Source: an uncultured bacterium (lineage in GTDB: Bacteria > Actinomycetota > Acidimicrobiia > Spongiisociales > UBA5794). Taken from it: DNA of 64,000 bases. The stretch spans positions 544,001 through 608,000 of the forward strand of contig CAWDDT010000006.1 of the NCBI GenBank assembly GCA_963801165.1. Reading direction: 5' to 3'. The translations under genes were made by a program, and so were the position numbers. Each line of letters opens with the position of its first letter. The first letter of the stretch is position 1. The notes under the pieces are model-generated. The model worked only from the letters and a program-made list of their open reading frames with translations, was not told where the DNA came from and searched no databases. Positions 30,275-39,577 of the stretch are shown here, piece after piece.

Positions 30275-32629
30275 ATGTCGAAACGTGTGCTCATCCCCCT
30301 GGTCGCCGGCATTCTCGGGCTCCTGCTGGCGGCGCCCGCTATTGCCCAAACCGCCACAGCTCCCACCAACTGCGGCACCTACGAGGGTGTCGTCTGCCAC
30401 GGTTGGTTCTCAGACGACGCCAACATCGCGACGGAGGACAGCGCCATCGAGGATGCCATCGGCGCGGTGATCACCCGCTACGGGCACCAAATCGCCTTCG
30501 TCACGGTCGACCAGAGCCCGCACGGCACACCACAAGAGTTCGCGCAGGACCTCGGCAACGCCTGGGGCGTCGGCGACCCCCAGCGGAACGACGGCATCGT
30601 GATCCTCGTCGACCTGGCGAACCATCGCACCGAGATGACCACCGGCCCCGGCGTCCCCCCACTCGACTATTCGCGGATCACCGGCGCCGGCAACTCGTTC
30701 TTCGGCCGGGGTGACTTCGACGCCGGCATCTATGCGATCATCGGCAGCCTGGAGCAGGATCTGGCCGGCGCCACCGGAGTCACCGGCGGCTCCGCCTCCG
30801 GCGGGTCCGTGCCTTCGTCTGGCGACTCCTCTTCGTCGAGCGGCGGCAGCACCGACCAGACGCCCGCCGGGCTCGTCCTCGGCGCTCTCGCCGCTGCTGG
30901 CCTGGTGGGAGGCGGCGTGGGGCTGGCTGCCGCCAGACACCGACGCCGGGAACGGGTGGGCAAGGAACGAGCTGAGTTGCTCGACGGTGACATGGCCCGG
31001 CTCGAGCCGGCGGGCCACGAGCTCCCGCTGCTGTCGGACTATGCGATCGAGCATCACGGTCCGGTTGAGAAAGCCGACACACGCTCCGCCCTGGCCGCCC
31101 TGGAACACATCAACGCCGGGCTCGCGCCTCAGGACGAGAACGCCGTCCGTGCCCTATGGGGAAACGGGCTCGTGACCGTCGTCGACCGGGATCGACTCCA
31201 GTCCGAAACCGAGGTCCCACTGCTGCTCCGGGCATCGGGCGAGCAACCGCTGCTCGAAGGGGCGCTTCAGGCCTCCTATCGGGATGCGCTCGAGGTCGAT
31301 GCGAACCACCAGGTGGAGTTCGATGTCAAGCGGCAGGAGCTGCTGGGGATCATCGAGAGCCTGCGGCCGCACCGAATCGCCAATACCCGGCTCCACATGG
31401 GGCAATCGATCCTGGATCGCTCCGTCTCCACCAAGGCAGGCTGGGCGCTGCTCACCGACGAGGGTGACCGTTTTCTCGAGGCCGGTCCCGCGCTCGACAC
31501 CACCGAGCCGCTGCACGAATCGCTCGCCCAACTCGATCTCGTCTACGAGACCGCCCGCGAGAAGGCGCAGCGCTTGGAAACGTTGTATCAGCAACTTCCC
31601 GCCTCGACGACCCGGCCGGCAGTCGCAGCCGCACTGGCCGACCTGAACGACGATCCGGACGCCTCGTACAAACGCTACGAGACACTCCGGCAGACCCTTG
31701 AGGTCAACGGGTCGATGCTGAGCGCGGACGGTCTCTCGATCCCTGCCATCACCGCCCTGCTGCTGATGAACAACGACGCCGAGGATGTGGACGAGTTCAT
31801 CTCCGCCTACAAGGCCAACCGGGGTCGTGGCGTCGCGGCCGACACCGCGGTGGAGTATGCGCTCGCCGGCCTCAGCAATCCCGCCGAGATCAAGCGCATC
31901 CGTGCCGAGGCCGACCGGCTCAGCCTGCCCATCTCGCTGACTGCGGCGCTGTTGCGTCGCCGCGACGACGGTCCGGAGGTGTATCAACAGCTCGCCGACG
32001 AGCTTGCGTCGTCGGGAGTGAAGGGAGAGAACCGGCGGACGATCGCCGCAGTGCTGGCGATCTCACTGGAACCGGCACAGGCAATCCGCCGTTGGACCGA
32101 GGCGCGCCAGGCGCTCGCCGCGCTCGGGCTGGTTGGCGTCTATGCGGACGTCGCAGCTGCGTTTGGAGCGTCCGACCCGAGAGGCCCGCGGACCTTCGCC
32201 CTCGCTTATGCCGCCCAGCGGCAGGCGCTCAGCCGCAGCAGCATCGACGACGCCGATCGCTTTGCCCCCGAGCTCGCCCACCAGGGCACCGGCGGTCAGA
32301 CCGACTCGTGGAGTGGTCAGCCTATCCCTCGCGGTCTCATGCATTTCGACCCGTTCACGTTGCTGTTCTACCACTGGGTCATCACCAAGGGCAGCAGCGG
32401 CGCCTACGGCTGGGAACCCACCTACCGGGACACGTCCTGGTCGCACGACTCCAGTTCATGGTGGGGCGGCGGTGGCGGTTTTGGCGGCTCCGGGTCGTGG
32501 GGTGGCGGCTCGTCATGGGGCGGCGGCTCGTGGAGTAGCGGCAGCTTTGGCGGGTTCGGTGGCGGCGGGGGATTCGGAGGAGGAGGAGGAGGAGGAGGAG
32601 GCGGCGGGGGCGGAGGCAGCAGTTGGTGA
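30275..32629 (+). CDS. TPM-domain membrane protein with a large helical domain and Gly-rich tail
   Basis: Signal peptide, WGVG...NDGIVILV TPM motif, TM helix, GGFGGGG tail. Confidence 0.82.
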   Translation: MSKRVLIPLVAGILGLLLAAPAIAQTATAPTNCGTYEGVVCHGWFSDDANIATEDSAIEDAIGAVITRYGHQIAFVTVDQSPHGTPQEFAQDLGNAWGVGDPQRNDGIVILVDLANHRTEMTTGPGVPPLDYSRITGAGNSFFGRGDFDAGIYAIIGSLEQDLAGATGVTGGSASGGSVPSSGDSSSSSGGSTDQTPAGLVLGALAAAGLVGGGVGLAAARHRRRERVGKERAELLDGDMARLEPAGHELPLLSDYAIEHHGPVEKADTRSALAALEHINAGLAPQDENAVRALWGNGLVTVVDRDRLQSETEVPLLLRASGEQPLLEGALQASYRDALEVDANHQVEFDVKRQELLGIIESLRPHRIANTRLHMGQSILDRSVSTKAGWALLTDEGDRFLEAGPALDTTEPLHESLAQLDLVYETAREKAQRLETLYQQLPASTTRPAVAAALADLNDDPDASYKRYETLRQTLEVNGSMLSADGLSIPAITALLLMNNDAEDVDEFISAYKANRGRGVAADTAVEYALAGLSNPAEIKRIRAEADRLSLPISLTAALLRRRDDGPEVYQQLADELASSGVKGENRRTIAAVLAISLEPAQAIRRWTEARQALAALGLVGVYADVAAAFGASDPRGPRTFALAYAAQRQALSRSSIDDADRFAPELAHQGTGGQTDSWSGQPIPRGLMHFDPFTLLFYHWVITKGSSGAYGWEPTYRDTSWSHDSSSWWGGGGGFGGSGSWGGGSSWGGGSWSSGSFGGFGGGGGFGGGGGGGGGGGGGGSSW
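32576..32599 (+). repeat. (GGA)8 microsatellite encoding poly-Gly
   Basis: Eight perfect GGA units. Confidence 0.9.
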
Positions 32630-33393
32630 CGATCACGTCAACCGACAACCCCCGCATCAAGGCCATCGCCAAGCTGAAGAAACCCCGGGAGCGCCGACGA
32701 ACCGGCCTCTTTCTGATCGAAGGTCACCGCGAGGTGGAGCGGGCAATCGCCGCCGGGCTCACCATCGACACGCTGGTGGTGTGTGATGAGCTGCTGGGGA
32801 GCGCACAGGTGTCGACGGACCAACTCGATGTGCTGAGAGTATCAGCCGGGCCGATGGGCCGCATCGCTGTCAGGGGCAACCCACCCGGGGCGATCGCGGT
32901 CGCCGAGCAATTCGTCACGCGACTAGAGGACCTGCAACTGAGTGAGAACCCGCTGGTGCTGATCGCTGAAGGCATCGAAAAACCGGGCAACCTGGGGGCG
33001 ATGATCCGTACCTGCGACGCCGCCGGGGCAGCTCTGGTGGTCGCCGATGCCGGGACCGATCTGTTCAACCCCAACGTCGTCAGGGCGTCGCAAGGCTCGC
33101 TGTTCACAGTCCCCATCGCCGTCGCCGAAGCCGGGCATGTGATCGACTGGCTCGCCACCCACGGAATCTCGGTCGTGGGTGGCTACCCGGATGCCCCGAA
33201 CACCCCCTGGGGCGCCGACCTGACAGGCCCGACCGCGGTGCTGGTGGGCGCCGAGGACGACGGCCTCTCCAGCATCTGGGACGGTGTGGCCGAGCCGGTG
33301 CGAATCCCGATGGCCGGGACCGCCGACAGCCTCAATGCGTCGGTATCGGCTGCGTTGCTGCTGTACGAAGCCGTGCGGCAACGCAGCCGCTGA
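32626..33393 (+). CDS. TrmH/SpoU-family RNA methyltransferase
   Basis: ITSTDNPRIK, PGNLGAMIRT, VGAEDDGL, IPMAGTADSLNASVSAA. Confidence 0.93.
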   Translation: MTITSTDNPRIKAIAKLKKPRERRRTGLFLIEGHREVERAIAAGLTIDTLVVCDELLGSAQVSTDQLDVLRVSAGPMGRIAVRGNPPGAIAVAEQFVTRLEDLQLSENPLVLIAEGIEKPGNLGAMIRTCDAAGAALVVADAGTDLFNPNVVRASQGSLFTVPIAVAEAGHVIDWLATHGISVVGGYPDAPNTPWGADLTGPTAVLVGAEDDGLSSIWDGVAEPVRIPMAGTADSLNASVSAALLLYEAVRQRSR

Positions 33394-33400
33394 CCGCTCC

Positions 33401-33450
33401 GAACTCTTGCGTCGGAAACCGGAACATGTTCCGTTCTAGGACGCCAGAAC
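33401..33450. repeat. REP-like palindromic element, copy 1
   Basis: ACTCTTGCGTCGGAAACCGGAACATGTTCCGTTCTAGGACGCCAGAAC. Confidence 0.85.
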
Positions 33451-33456
33451 CAGGCT

Positions 33457-34008
33457 CTACGGCTTTGTGAGGGACCAGATCCCGTCGTCGCGCAGCATGC
33501 GGTTGATCAGGTCGAGGCGGTACACCGAGTTGCCGTAGTTGGCGGCCGCGGTCGTCTTGATGTGGAGCGGCGGACCGCCTCTCACGACGGCCGGGACATC
33601 ACGCACCCCCAGCTTGCGGATCTCCTCGCTGCCAGCGATCAACAAGTCCAGCCCCGGTTCCAGAGCCTGGGAGATCACCTCGTTGCCGTCGATTCCCGCC
33701 ACCCGGGCGGCCACGGCCAGCGTCGTGTCCTTGCAGGGATCGTCCGTCTCCTGGTAGCGCAGCGTCATCATTGTCACGTTGAACCGCTGCCACGCTTCGG
33801 GATGAGCCTCCCGAACCGCGGCACAGGCCGCCAATGCCCTCACCCTAGGCGGGATGGGTTGCTCCCGGTCGATATCGGCGACAAGGAACTCCTCCCATGT
33901 AACGCTCACGTTGACCGTGCTGTCGCGGGATGCCTTGAGCGCTGTCTGGTAGACACGCCACACGTCGTACGACTCAAAATCGAAGAAGATCCGGCCCGTG
34001 AAGTCCAT
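33457..34008 (-). CDS. DsbA-like thioredoxin-fold protein, paralog A
   Basis: RIFFDFES N-terminus, LGVRDVPAVV cis-Pro loop; no CxxC; strongly similar to 34173-34724. Confidence 0.72.
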   Translation of the reverse strand: MDFTGRIFFDFESYDVWRVYQTALKASRDSTVNVSVTWEEFLVADIDREQPIPPRVRALAACAAVREAHPEAWQRFNVTMMTLRYQETDDPCKDTTLAVAARVAGIDGNEVISQALEPGLDLLIAGSEEIRKLGVRDVPAVVRGGPPLHIKTTAAANYGNSVYRLDLINRMLRDDGIWSLTKP

Positions 34009-34116
34009 GGGAAGAGAGGCTAACGCGACACCGATTTCGATGTCACCGCCGTGCCATTCAACATGTTGGATTGGGACCAGCACGGCCGGGCATCACCGAA
34101 TACTCGCTGGCGTTCC

Positions 34117-34166
34117 GAACTCCTGCGTCGGAAGCCGGAACATTTTCCGTTCTGGGACGCTAGAAC
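34117..34166. repeat. REP-like palindromic element, copy 2
   Basis: ACTCCTGCGTCGGAAGCCGGAACATTTTCCGTTCTGGGACGCTAGAAC. Confidence 0.85.
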
Positions 34167-34172
34167 CAGGCT

Positions 34173-34724
34173 TTAGGGCTTGCTGAGCGACCACACCGCG
34201 TCGTCACGCAGCATGCGGTTGATCAGATCGAGCCGGTAGACCGCATTCCCGTAGCCGGCAGCGGGCGTCATCCGAACATGCACAGGTGGACCGTCTCGTA
34301 CAACGCTGGGAACATCGTGGACGCCAAGCGTGCGCGCCTCCTCGCTGGCTGCGATGAGGAGATCAAGCCCGGGATCGAGCGCTCGGGCGATGACCTCGTC
34401 ACCGTCGAGCCCGGCCACCCGCGCGGCAACCATCAGCGTCGCGTCCTTGCGGGGGTCGTCCTTCTGCTCGAAGATCAGCGTCAGCATCGCCTGGTTGAAG
34501 CGCTGCCAGGCGTCGGGGTGAACGTCCCGCACCGCGGCACAGGCGGCCAGCGCCCGCACCCTGGGCGGAATCGGTTCTTCACGGTCGATCTCCGCGCCGA
34601 GGAACTCCTCCCAGGTCACGCTGACGATGGCGTCGGCGTCCCGAGAAGCCTTGAGCGCCGTCTGATACAGACGCCAAACGTCGGCGCTCTCGAAGTCGAA
34701 GAAGATCCGGCCGGTGAACTCCAT
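34173..34724 (-). CDS. DsbA-like thioredoxin-fold protein, paralog B
   Basis: MEFTGRIFFDFES..., LGVHDVPSVV; same length (183 aa) as paralog A. Confidence 0.72.
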   Translation of the reverse strand: MEFTGRIFFDFESADVWRLYQTALKASRDADAIVSVTWEEFLGAEIDREEPIPPRVRALAACAAVRDVHPDAWQRFNQAMLTLIFEQKDDPRKDATLMVAARVAGLDGDEVIARALDPGLDLLIAASEEARTLGVHDVPSVVRDGPPVHVRMTPAAGYGNAVYRLDLINRMLRDDAVWSLSKP

Positions 34725-34742
34725 CCCGGCAGGCTACCCGCG

Positions 34743-34790
34743 ACTCTTGCGTCGGAAACCGGAACATATTCCGGTCTGCGACGCCAGAGT
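34743..34790. repeat. REP-like palindromic element, copy 3
   Basis: ACTCTTGCGTCGGAAACCGGAACATATTCCGGTCTGCGACGCCAGAGT. Confidence 0.85.
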
Positions 34791-34802
34791 GCGTTTCGTT
34801 CC

Positions 34803-34831
34803 TTGACATCGAACATGTGTTCGACCATGCT
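34803..34831 (+). promoter_or_regulatory. Promoter with an embedded LexA (SOS) box
   Basis: TTGACA-N17-CATGCT; the spacer contains TCGAAC-ATGT-GTTCGA (34809-34824), a perfect actinobacterial SOS box. Confidence 0.88.
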
Positions 34832-34837
34832 GCCAAC

Positions 34838-36469
34838 GTGGCACTTCCCTACCAGCGCACGTTCGAGGATCTCGGTACCCCGCTTCACCAAGTCGCCTTT
34901 TGTGTGCTGGATCTGGAGACGACGGGAGGGTCGCCCGCCGACTGTGAGATCACCGAGGTGGGCGCCGTCAAGTACATCGGCGGCGAGCTGACCGGCACTT
35001 TCGACACACTGGTCAACCCGGGAGCGCCCATCCCCCCCACCATCACCGTCCTCACCGGGATCACCCAGGCGATGGTCATCGAAGCGCCCCGCATCGAAGA
35101 GGTGCTGCCCTCGCTGCTCGAGTTCATTGGCACCGCGGTGATCGTCGGCCACAACATCCGCTTCGACATGTCGTTTCTCAACGCAGCCGCGTTGCGACTC
35201 GGCTACGGCAGGCTCCCCAACCAGACCGTCGACACCCTGGGGCTGGCCCGCCGGCTCATCAACGGCGAGACCCGGAGGCTGAACCTGCGCAGCCTGGCCG
35301 CCCACTTCCGGTCCCCCATCGCCCCCAACCACCGCGCCGGCGCCGACGCCAAAGCGACCGCCCATGTCTTCTGGGAGCTGCTGGGACGCGCCGGCACCAT
35401 CGGGGTCACCCACCTCGACGATCTGTTGCGGCTGCCTACGGCAAAGGGCTCGCCGCATTACTCGAAGATCGAGCTGACCGAACGGCTCCCTCGCCGGCCC
35501 GGCGTGTACATGTTCCGGGACCGCGACGGCCACGTCATCTACGTCGGCAAAGCCAAGAATCTGCGCAGCCGGGTCCGCTCCTACTTCTACGGCGACAACC
35601 GGAGATCCGTCGCTCAGATGCTGCGAGACCTCGCCGACATCGACTTCATCGTCTGCAACACAGAGATCGAAGCCGAGATCACCGAGCTGCGGATGATCTA
35701 CGGCAACGCCCCCCGGTACAACCGCCGGTCACGCCCACCGAAGTCGCCCCAATATGTGAAGCTCACCGCCGAGGAGTTCCCCCGGCTCTCGACCGTGCGC
35801 ACCCTGCGCGACGACGGCTGCCTCTATCTCGGCCCTTTTCGCTCACGCCGCACCGCCACCACCGTGGTCAACGCCATTTGGGACGCAATCCCGATCAGGC
35901 GCTGCATCACCACCGGTGGCAAACGCAGCGCCGCCTGTAGCTTCGCCCAGCTCGGTGTCGCCGTGTGCCCGTGCGACGGCTCGATCGCCCCGGCCGAGTA
36001 CCACGAGATCGTCAGCCGTCTCGTCACCGGCGTTGAGGCAGAGCCGGGGGCTCTCCTCGAGCCGCTGGTGGAGCGGATCCGGGAATACGCCCGCACCGCC
36101 CGGTTCGAGGATGCCGCCGAGCTACGGGATCGGCACCAGGCGCTGAGCCGAGCCCTCGAGGATCGGCGCAACTGGGAGGTGCTGAACGGCGCCGGGCTGC
36201 TGTGGGCCGAGGATGGTACCGGCGACAGCATCCTGATCGAGAACGGCCGTCTCGTTGCCTCCTGGGCGACGCCCGACCAGCCACCGCTCGGCGCCAGCCG
36301 GGCCGGCCCCCCGTCGCCACACCACGTCCCCGAGTCGGTCGCCGTTGCCGAGGAGGCCCGGCTGCTGTGGCGATGGCTCGACCGGCCGGACGTCCGAATC
36401 GTCGAGACAACCCGTCCCCTGGCAACCCCGCGCCGCCCGGTTCCGGTGCTCTCGTCGCTGGCGGGGTGA
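34838..36469 (+). CDS. DEDDh exonuclease + GIY-YIG (UvrC/Cho-like) nuclease, Rv2191-like
   Basis: VLDLETTG, VGHNIRFD, HRAGADA; PGVYMF...YVGKAKNLRSRVRSYF; FEDAAELRD UVR motif; GTG start likely leaderless. Confidence 0.92.
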   Translation: MALPYQRTFEDLGTPLHQVAFCVLDLETTGGSPADCEITEVGAVKYIGGELTGTFDTLVNPGAPIPPTITVLTGITQAMVIEAPRIEEVLPSLLEFIGTAVIVGHNIRFDMSFLNAAALRLGYGRLPNQTVDTLGLARRLINGETRRLNLRSLAAHFRSPIAPNHRAGADAKATAHVFWELLGRAGTIGVTHLDDLLRLPTAKGSPHYSKIELTERLPRRPGVYMFRDRDGHVIYVGKAKNLRSRVRSYFYGDNRRSVAQMLRDLADIDFIVCNTEIEAEITELRMIYGNAPRYNRRSRPPKSPQYVKLTAEEFPRLSTVRTLRDDGCLYLGPFRSRRTATTVVNAIWDAIPIRRCITTGGKRSAACSFAQLGVAVCPCDGSIAPAEYHEIVSRLVTGVEAEPGALLEPLVERIREYARTARFEDAAELRDRHQALSRALEDRRNWEVLNGAGLLWAEDGTGDSILIENGRLVASWATPDQPPLGASRAGPPSPHHVPESVAVAEEARLLWRWLDRPDVRIVETTRPLATPRRPVPVLSSLAG

Positions 36470-36482
36470 GTACCCTGCGGCC

Positions 36483-38489
36483 ATGAAGTTCATCGTGCGC
36501 AAAGGCACAGATCCCGTCGGCAGAGCAGATGCCGCGCTCCTCACCGCGCTCGGGTTGCCGGGCGGCGGGGTCGTCTCGCTGGGCAAGACCCACGTGATGG
36601 TCAGCCCGGGAGAGACCACGTCACCGACGGCCATCATGCTCGGCGAGAGAACGATGGCCAATGCCGCCGTGAGGATCGGCGACACCGTCGACGTCAAGCG
36701 AGCGCTGCTGCCGCCGGCACGCCGCGTTGTCATCTCCCACATCGACGCCGACATCGACGCTCGCCACCTGGCGCGATCCCTCCAGGGCATCCCCGTCTCC
36801 GAGGGCGACCGGGTCGCGGTGAAGGTGGGCTATGGCAAGGATGCGTCCCCCAAGCCGATCGAGGTCCAGATAACCTCCGTAACACCTGGCCCGTCGGCCG
36901 TGGTGGGCAGCGCCACGGTCGTTCACGAGCCGGGCGAGGAGACCCAGGACGTCGTCGCCCAGCCCGCCGGCTCGCCTGCGGGTGAGGAGCTGACGACGGC
37001 CCGTGCGCTGCTCGCCGGTCTCCAGACTGAGGTCGAGGTGATGACGGGGTGGCTCTCGCTGCTCACCGCCGAGGGCGACCTGCCCGAGGCCTGGGGTCTG
37101 CCCAAGGTCGCCGGGGTGCTCCTCGAGGGCCCGGCCGGGTGTGGCAAATCCGAGATTGTCTCCGCCGCTGCGCAGACCGTAGGCAGCCCCGTACGGGAGG
37201 TCTCGCTGGAGCTGGTATTCAAGCCGGAAAAGCTGCTCGAACTGCTCGAAAAGGCGGTGAACGACCCCGGGCGACCCTCGGTGATCTTTCTCGACCGGCT
37301 CGATGCAGTCGTCGGTGAGGATGCCCTCTTCCGCAATCAGGTGGCCGCGATCATGCGCTGGTTTCTCGACGCGGTCGCCGAGCGACCGCGGCTCGCCTGT
37401 GTTCTCGGCGTGTCCTCTGTGTCTCGCCTCCCCGAGTCGGTAGCCAAATCGGCGTTCCTGCCGAGAACGCTCAGCATCCCACCACCCGACCTGCAGCGGC
37501 GCGCCCTGCTCTTCGAGGCCGCCCTGGCCAAGGTCCCGAGCGCCGATATCGACTTCAACACTCTGGCAGCCCGCACCGCCGGCTTCTCCAGCGCTGATGT
37601 GCTCGCCGCCGTTGTCCACGCGTCTGCCCTGGTGGCGCAGAACGGCGGCGAGGTTACTTCCGAGCTGCTGACAAGAGCGATCGACGAGACCACGCCATCA
37701 CTGGGATCGGTGTCCCTGGGTGAGATGCCGAGCTACGGGTTCGAACGGGTCGCCAACCTCGAGGAGGTCAAGCAGCGGCTCACCGAGGCGGTCATCTGGC
37801 AGATGAAGGAGCCGGAACGGTTCGCCCGGCTCGGGATCGAGCCACCGCGGGGCCTTCTTCTCTACGGTCCGCCGGGCACCGGCAAGACATTCGTCATCCG
37901 CGCCCTGGCTCACGAGAGCGGCGCCGCATTCTTCCCCGTCAAGGGAGCCGAGCTCCTCGACAAATACGTGGGCGAATCGGAGCGGGCGGTACGTGAGGTG
38001 TTCGCCCGGGCCCGGGCCGTTGCTCCCGCGATTCTGTTCTTCGACGAGATCGACGCACTGGCGCCGGTGCGGGGCAATTCAACAAACTCGGTGACCGACT
38101 CGGTGGTCGCTGCTCTGCTCACCGAGCTCGACGGCGTCGCCGACCGTGGTGACGTGTTCGCCATCGGCGCCACCAACCGGCGCGACCTGGTCGACCCGGC
38201 GTTGCTCCGATCGGGCCGGCTGGAGACGCACCTGTTCCTCGGGCTGCCGAAGGCCGAGTCGCGACGGGCGTTCTTCAACATCTCGGACGTGCCCCTCGCC
38301 GAAGACGTCGACGTCGAGAAGGTCATCGAGGCCACGGACGGGCTGTCCTTCGCCGATCTGTCCGGGATGCTCCGGGAGGCGGCACTCGGTGCGCTGCGGC
38401 GCGACTCCACTGCGCTTGCGGTCACCGAGGTCGACATCGACGCGGCGATCGCTCACTTCCGCGAGAAGGATCAGCCGGCAGCAACCTGA
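36483..38489 (+). CDS. Cdc48-like AAA+ ATPase (Cpa-like)
   Basis: N-domain, D1 GPAGCGKS with degenerate Walker B (IFLDRLD), D2 GPPGTGKT, FFDEID, ATNRRDLVDPALLRSGRL. Confidence 0.9.
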   Translation: MKFIVRKGTDPVGRADAALLTALGLPGGGVVSLGKTHVMVSPGETTSPTAIMLGERTMANAAVRIGDTVDVKRALLPPARRVVISHIDADIDARHLARSLQGIPVSEGDRVAVKVGYGKDASPKPIEVQITSVTPGPSAVVGSATVVHEPGEETQDVVAQPAGSPAGEELTTARALLAGLQTEVEVMTGWLSLLTAEGDLPEAWGLPKVAGVLLEGPAGCGKSEIVSAAAQTVGSPVREVSLELVFKPEKLLELLEKAVNDPGRPSVIFLDRLDAVVGEDALFRNQVAAIMRWFLDAVAERPRLACVLGVSSVSRLPESVAKSAFLPRTLSIPPPDLQRRALLFEAALAKVPSADIDFNTLAARTAGFSSADVLAAVVHASALVAQNGGEVTSELLTRAIDETTPSLGSVSLGEMPSYGFERVANLEEVKQRLTEAVIWQMKEPERFARLGIEPPRGLLLYGPPGTGKTFVIRALAHESGAAFFPVKGAELLDKYVGESERAVREVFARARAVAPAILFFDEIDALAPVRGNSTNSVTDSVVAALLTELDGVADRGDVFAIGATNRRDLVDPALLRSGRLETHLFLGLPKAESRRAFFNISDVPLAEDVDVEKVIEATDGLSFADLSGMLREAALGALRRDSTALAVTEVDIDAAIAHFREKDQPAAT

Positions 38490-39181
38490 GCCTCGGCGAG
38501 AGTGAACCTGCCGTCGTACAGGGCGCGACCAACGATGGCGGCTTCTACATCGAGACCGGCCAGCGCCGTGACGTCATCGAGTGACCCCACTCCCCCGGAT
38601 GCGATCAGCGCCAGATCGGGAGCGAGCTCGATCACTTTGGCGAGAAGCCCGACATCAGGCCCACCCAGCGTTCCGTCCGTTGTGATGCCGGTCGCCAGCG
38701 CCCGCACCACACCCGCCGCGGTCAGGTCGGCGAGGACATCGACGAGATCCCGACCCTCGTCGAGCCACCCGGCGCCAGTCGCCTTGCCGGCGCGCACGTC
38801 GATCGCCGCCACGACCCGCTCGGCACCGATCGCAGCAACGATCTCAGCGACTACCCCCGGCTCCCAAACGGCTGCAGTGCCGAGCACCACCCGGGCGGCA
38901 CCAGCCGCGATGACGTCTTCGGCGACAGACACCGAGCGGATACCACCTCCGATCTGAAAGGGCACACCGGTGCTGCCGAGACGTCGCCACGCCCCCCGAT
39001 CACCGGAACCATCACGCGCCCCGGCCAGATCGACGACGTGCACGATGGGGGCTCCCTGCTCGCCCCAAGAGAGGAGCTGCTGCGCCGGATCGTCGCCGTA
39101 CACGGTGACGTCGTCGTATTCGCCACGTCGCAGCCGAACCACCTTCCCGCCGAGCATGTCGACCGCCGGTATCACATACAA
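38471..39181 (-). CDS. hisA: ProFAR isomerase (HisA/PriA)
   Basis: IPAVDMLGGKVVRL..G, QIGGGIRS, DGTLGGPD, IASGGV, IVGRALY. Confidence 0.93.
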   Translation of the reverse strand: MYVIPAVDMLGGKVVRLRRGEYDDVTVYGDDPAQQLLSWGEQGAPIVHVVDLAGARDGSGDRGAWRRLGSTGVPFQIGGGIRSVSVAEDVIAAGAARVVLGTAAVWEPGVVAEIVAAIGAERVVAAIDVRAGKATGAGWLDEGRDLVDVLADLTAAGVVRALATGITTDGTLGGPDVGLLAKVIELAPDLALIASGGVGSLDDVTALAGLDVEAAIVGRALYDGRFTLAEAQVAAG

Positions 39182-39205
39182 TTGCGTACTCCAGACTTGT
39201 ATTTC

Positions 39206-39225
39206 TGTGCTAACGTGTTAAAACA
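39206..39225. promoter_or_regulatory. Putative operator for the TrpR-like (HisR) repressor
   Basis: TGTGCTAAC-GT-GTTAAAACA, an imperfect 20-bp palindrome in the AT-rich divergent region between hisA and the repressor-led operon. Confidence 0.6.
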
Positions 39226-39262
39226 TTAGTGCATCTCGCCGATCAAACGAAAGGAGGCGACC

Positions 39263-39577
39263 ATGGTGATGGAAACAGAGGACTGGCGCAACGACGCTAC
39301 CGCGGCCCTCTTCGACGCCGTCGTCTCCCTGGATACCCGGGAGGAAGCGGCGCACTTCTTCCGCGACCTGTGCACCCGGCGTGAGTTGGAGGAGATGTCG
39401 CAGCGGTGGGCCGTCGTCCGCAAGCTCGCCGGCAACCGCCCCTACCGCGAGATCGCATCCGAGACCGGAGTGTCGACCGCCACCATCGTCCGCATCAACC
39501 AATGGCTCCGCCACGGGACCGGCGGCTACCAGCAGATGCTCGATAGGCTCGACCGCCTCAACCAGGAGACACCATGA
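39263..39577 (+). CDS. YerC/YecD TrpR-related repressor (HisR-like)
   Basis: FFRDLCT..ELEEMSQRW.V, YREIASETGVSTATIVRI. Confidence 0.9.
   Translation: MVMETEDWRNDATAALFDAVVSLDTREEAAHFFRDLCTRRELEEMSQRWAVVRKLAGNRPYREIASETGVSTATIVRINQWLRHGTGGYQQMLDRLDRLNQETP

Noticed and set aside
33421-33432. LexA box within the palindromic element core (GGAACATGTTCC)
   Set aside because: GAAC and GTTC are separated by 2 nt rather than 4 and lack the TC/GA flanks; only 34809-34824 fits the consensus
33401-34790. CRISPR array or integron cassette array
   Set aside because: Repeats are ~48 bp, degenerate and separated by whole genes of 570-670 bp; no cas genes or integrase; no clear RYYYAAC/GTTRRRY attC ends
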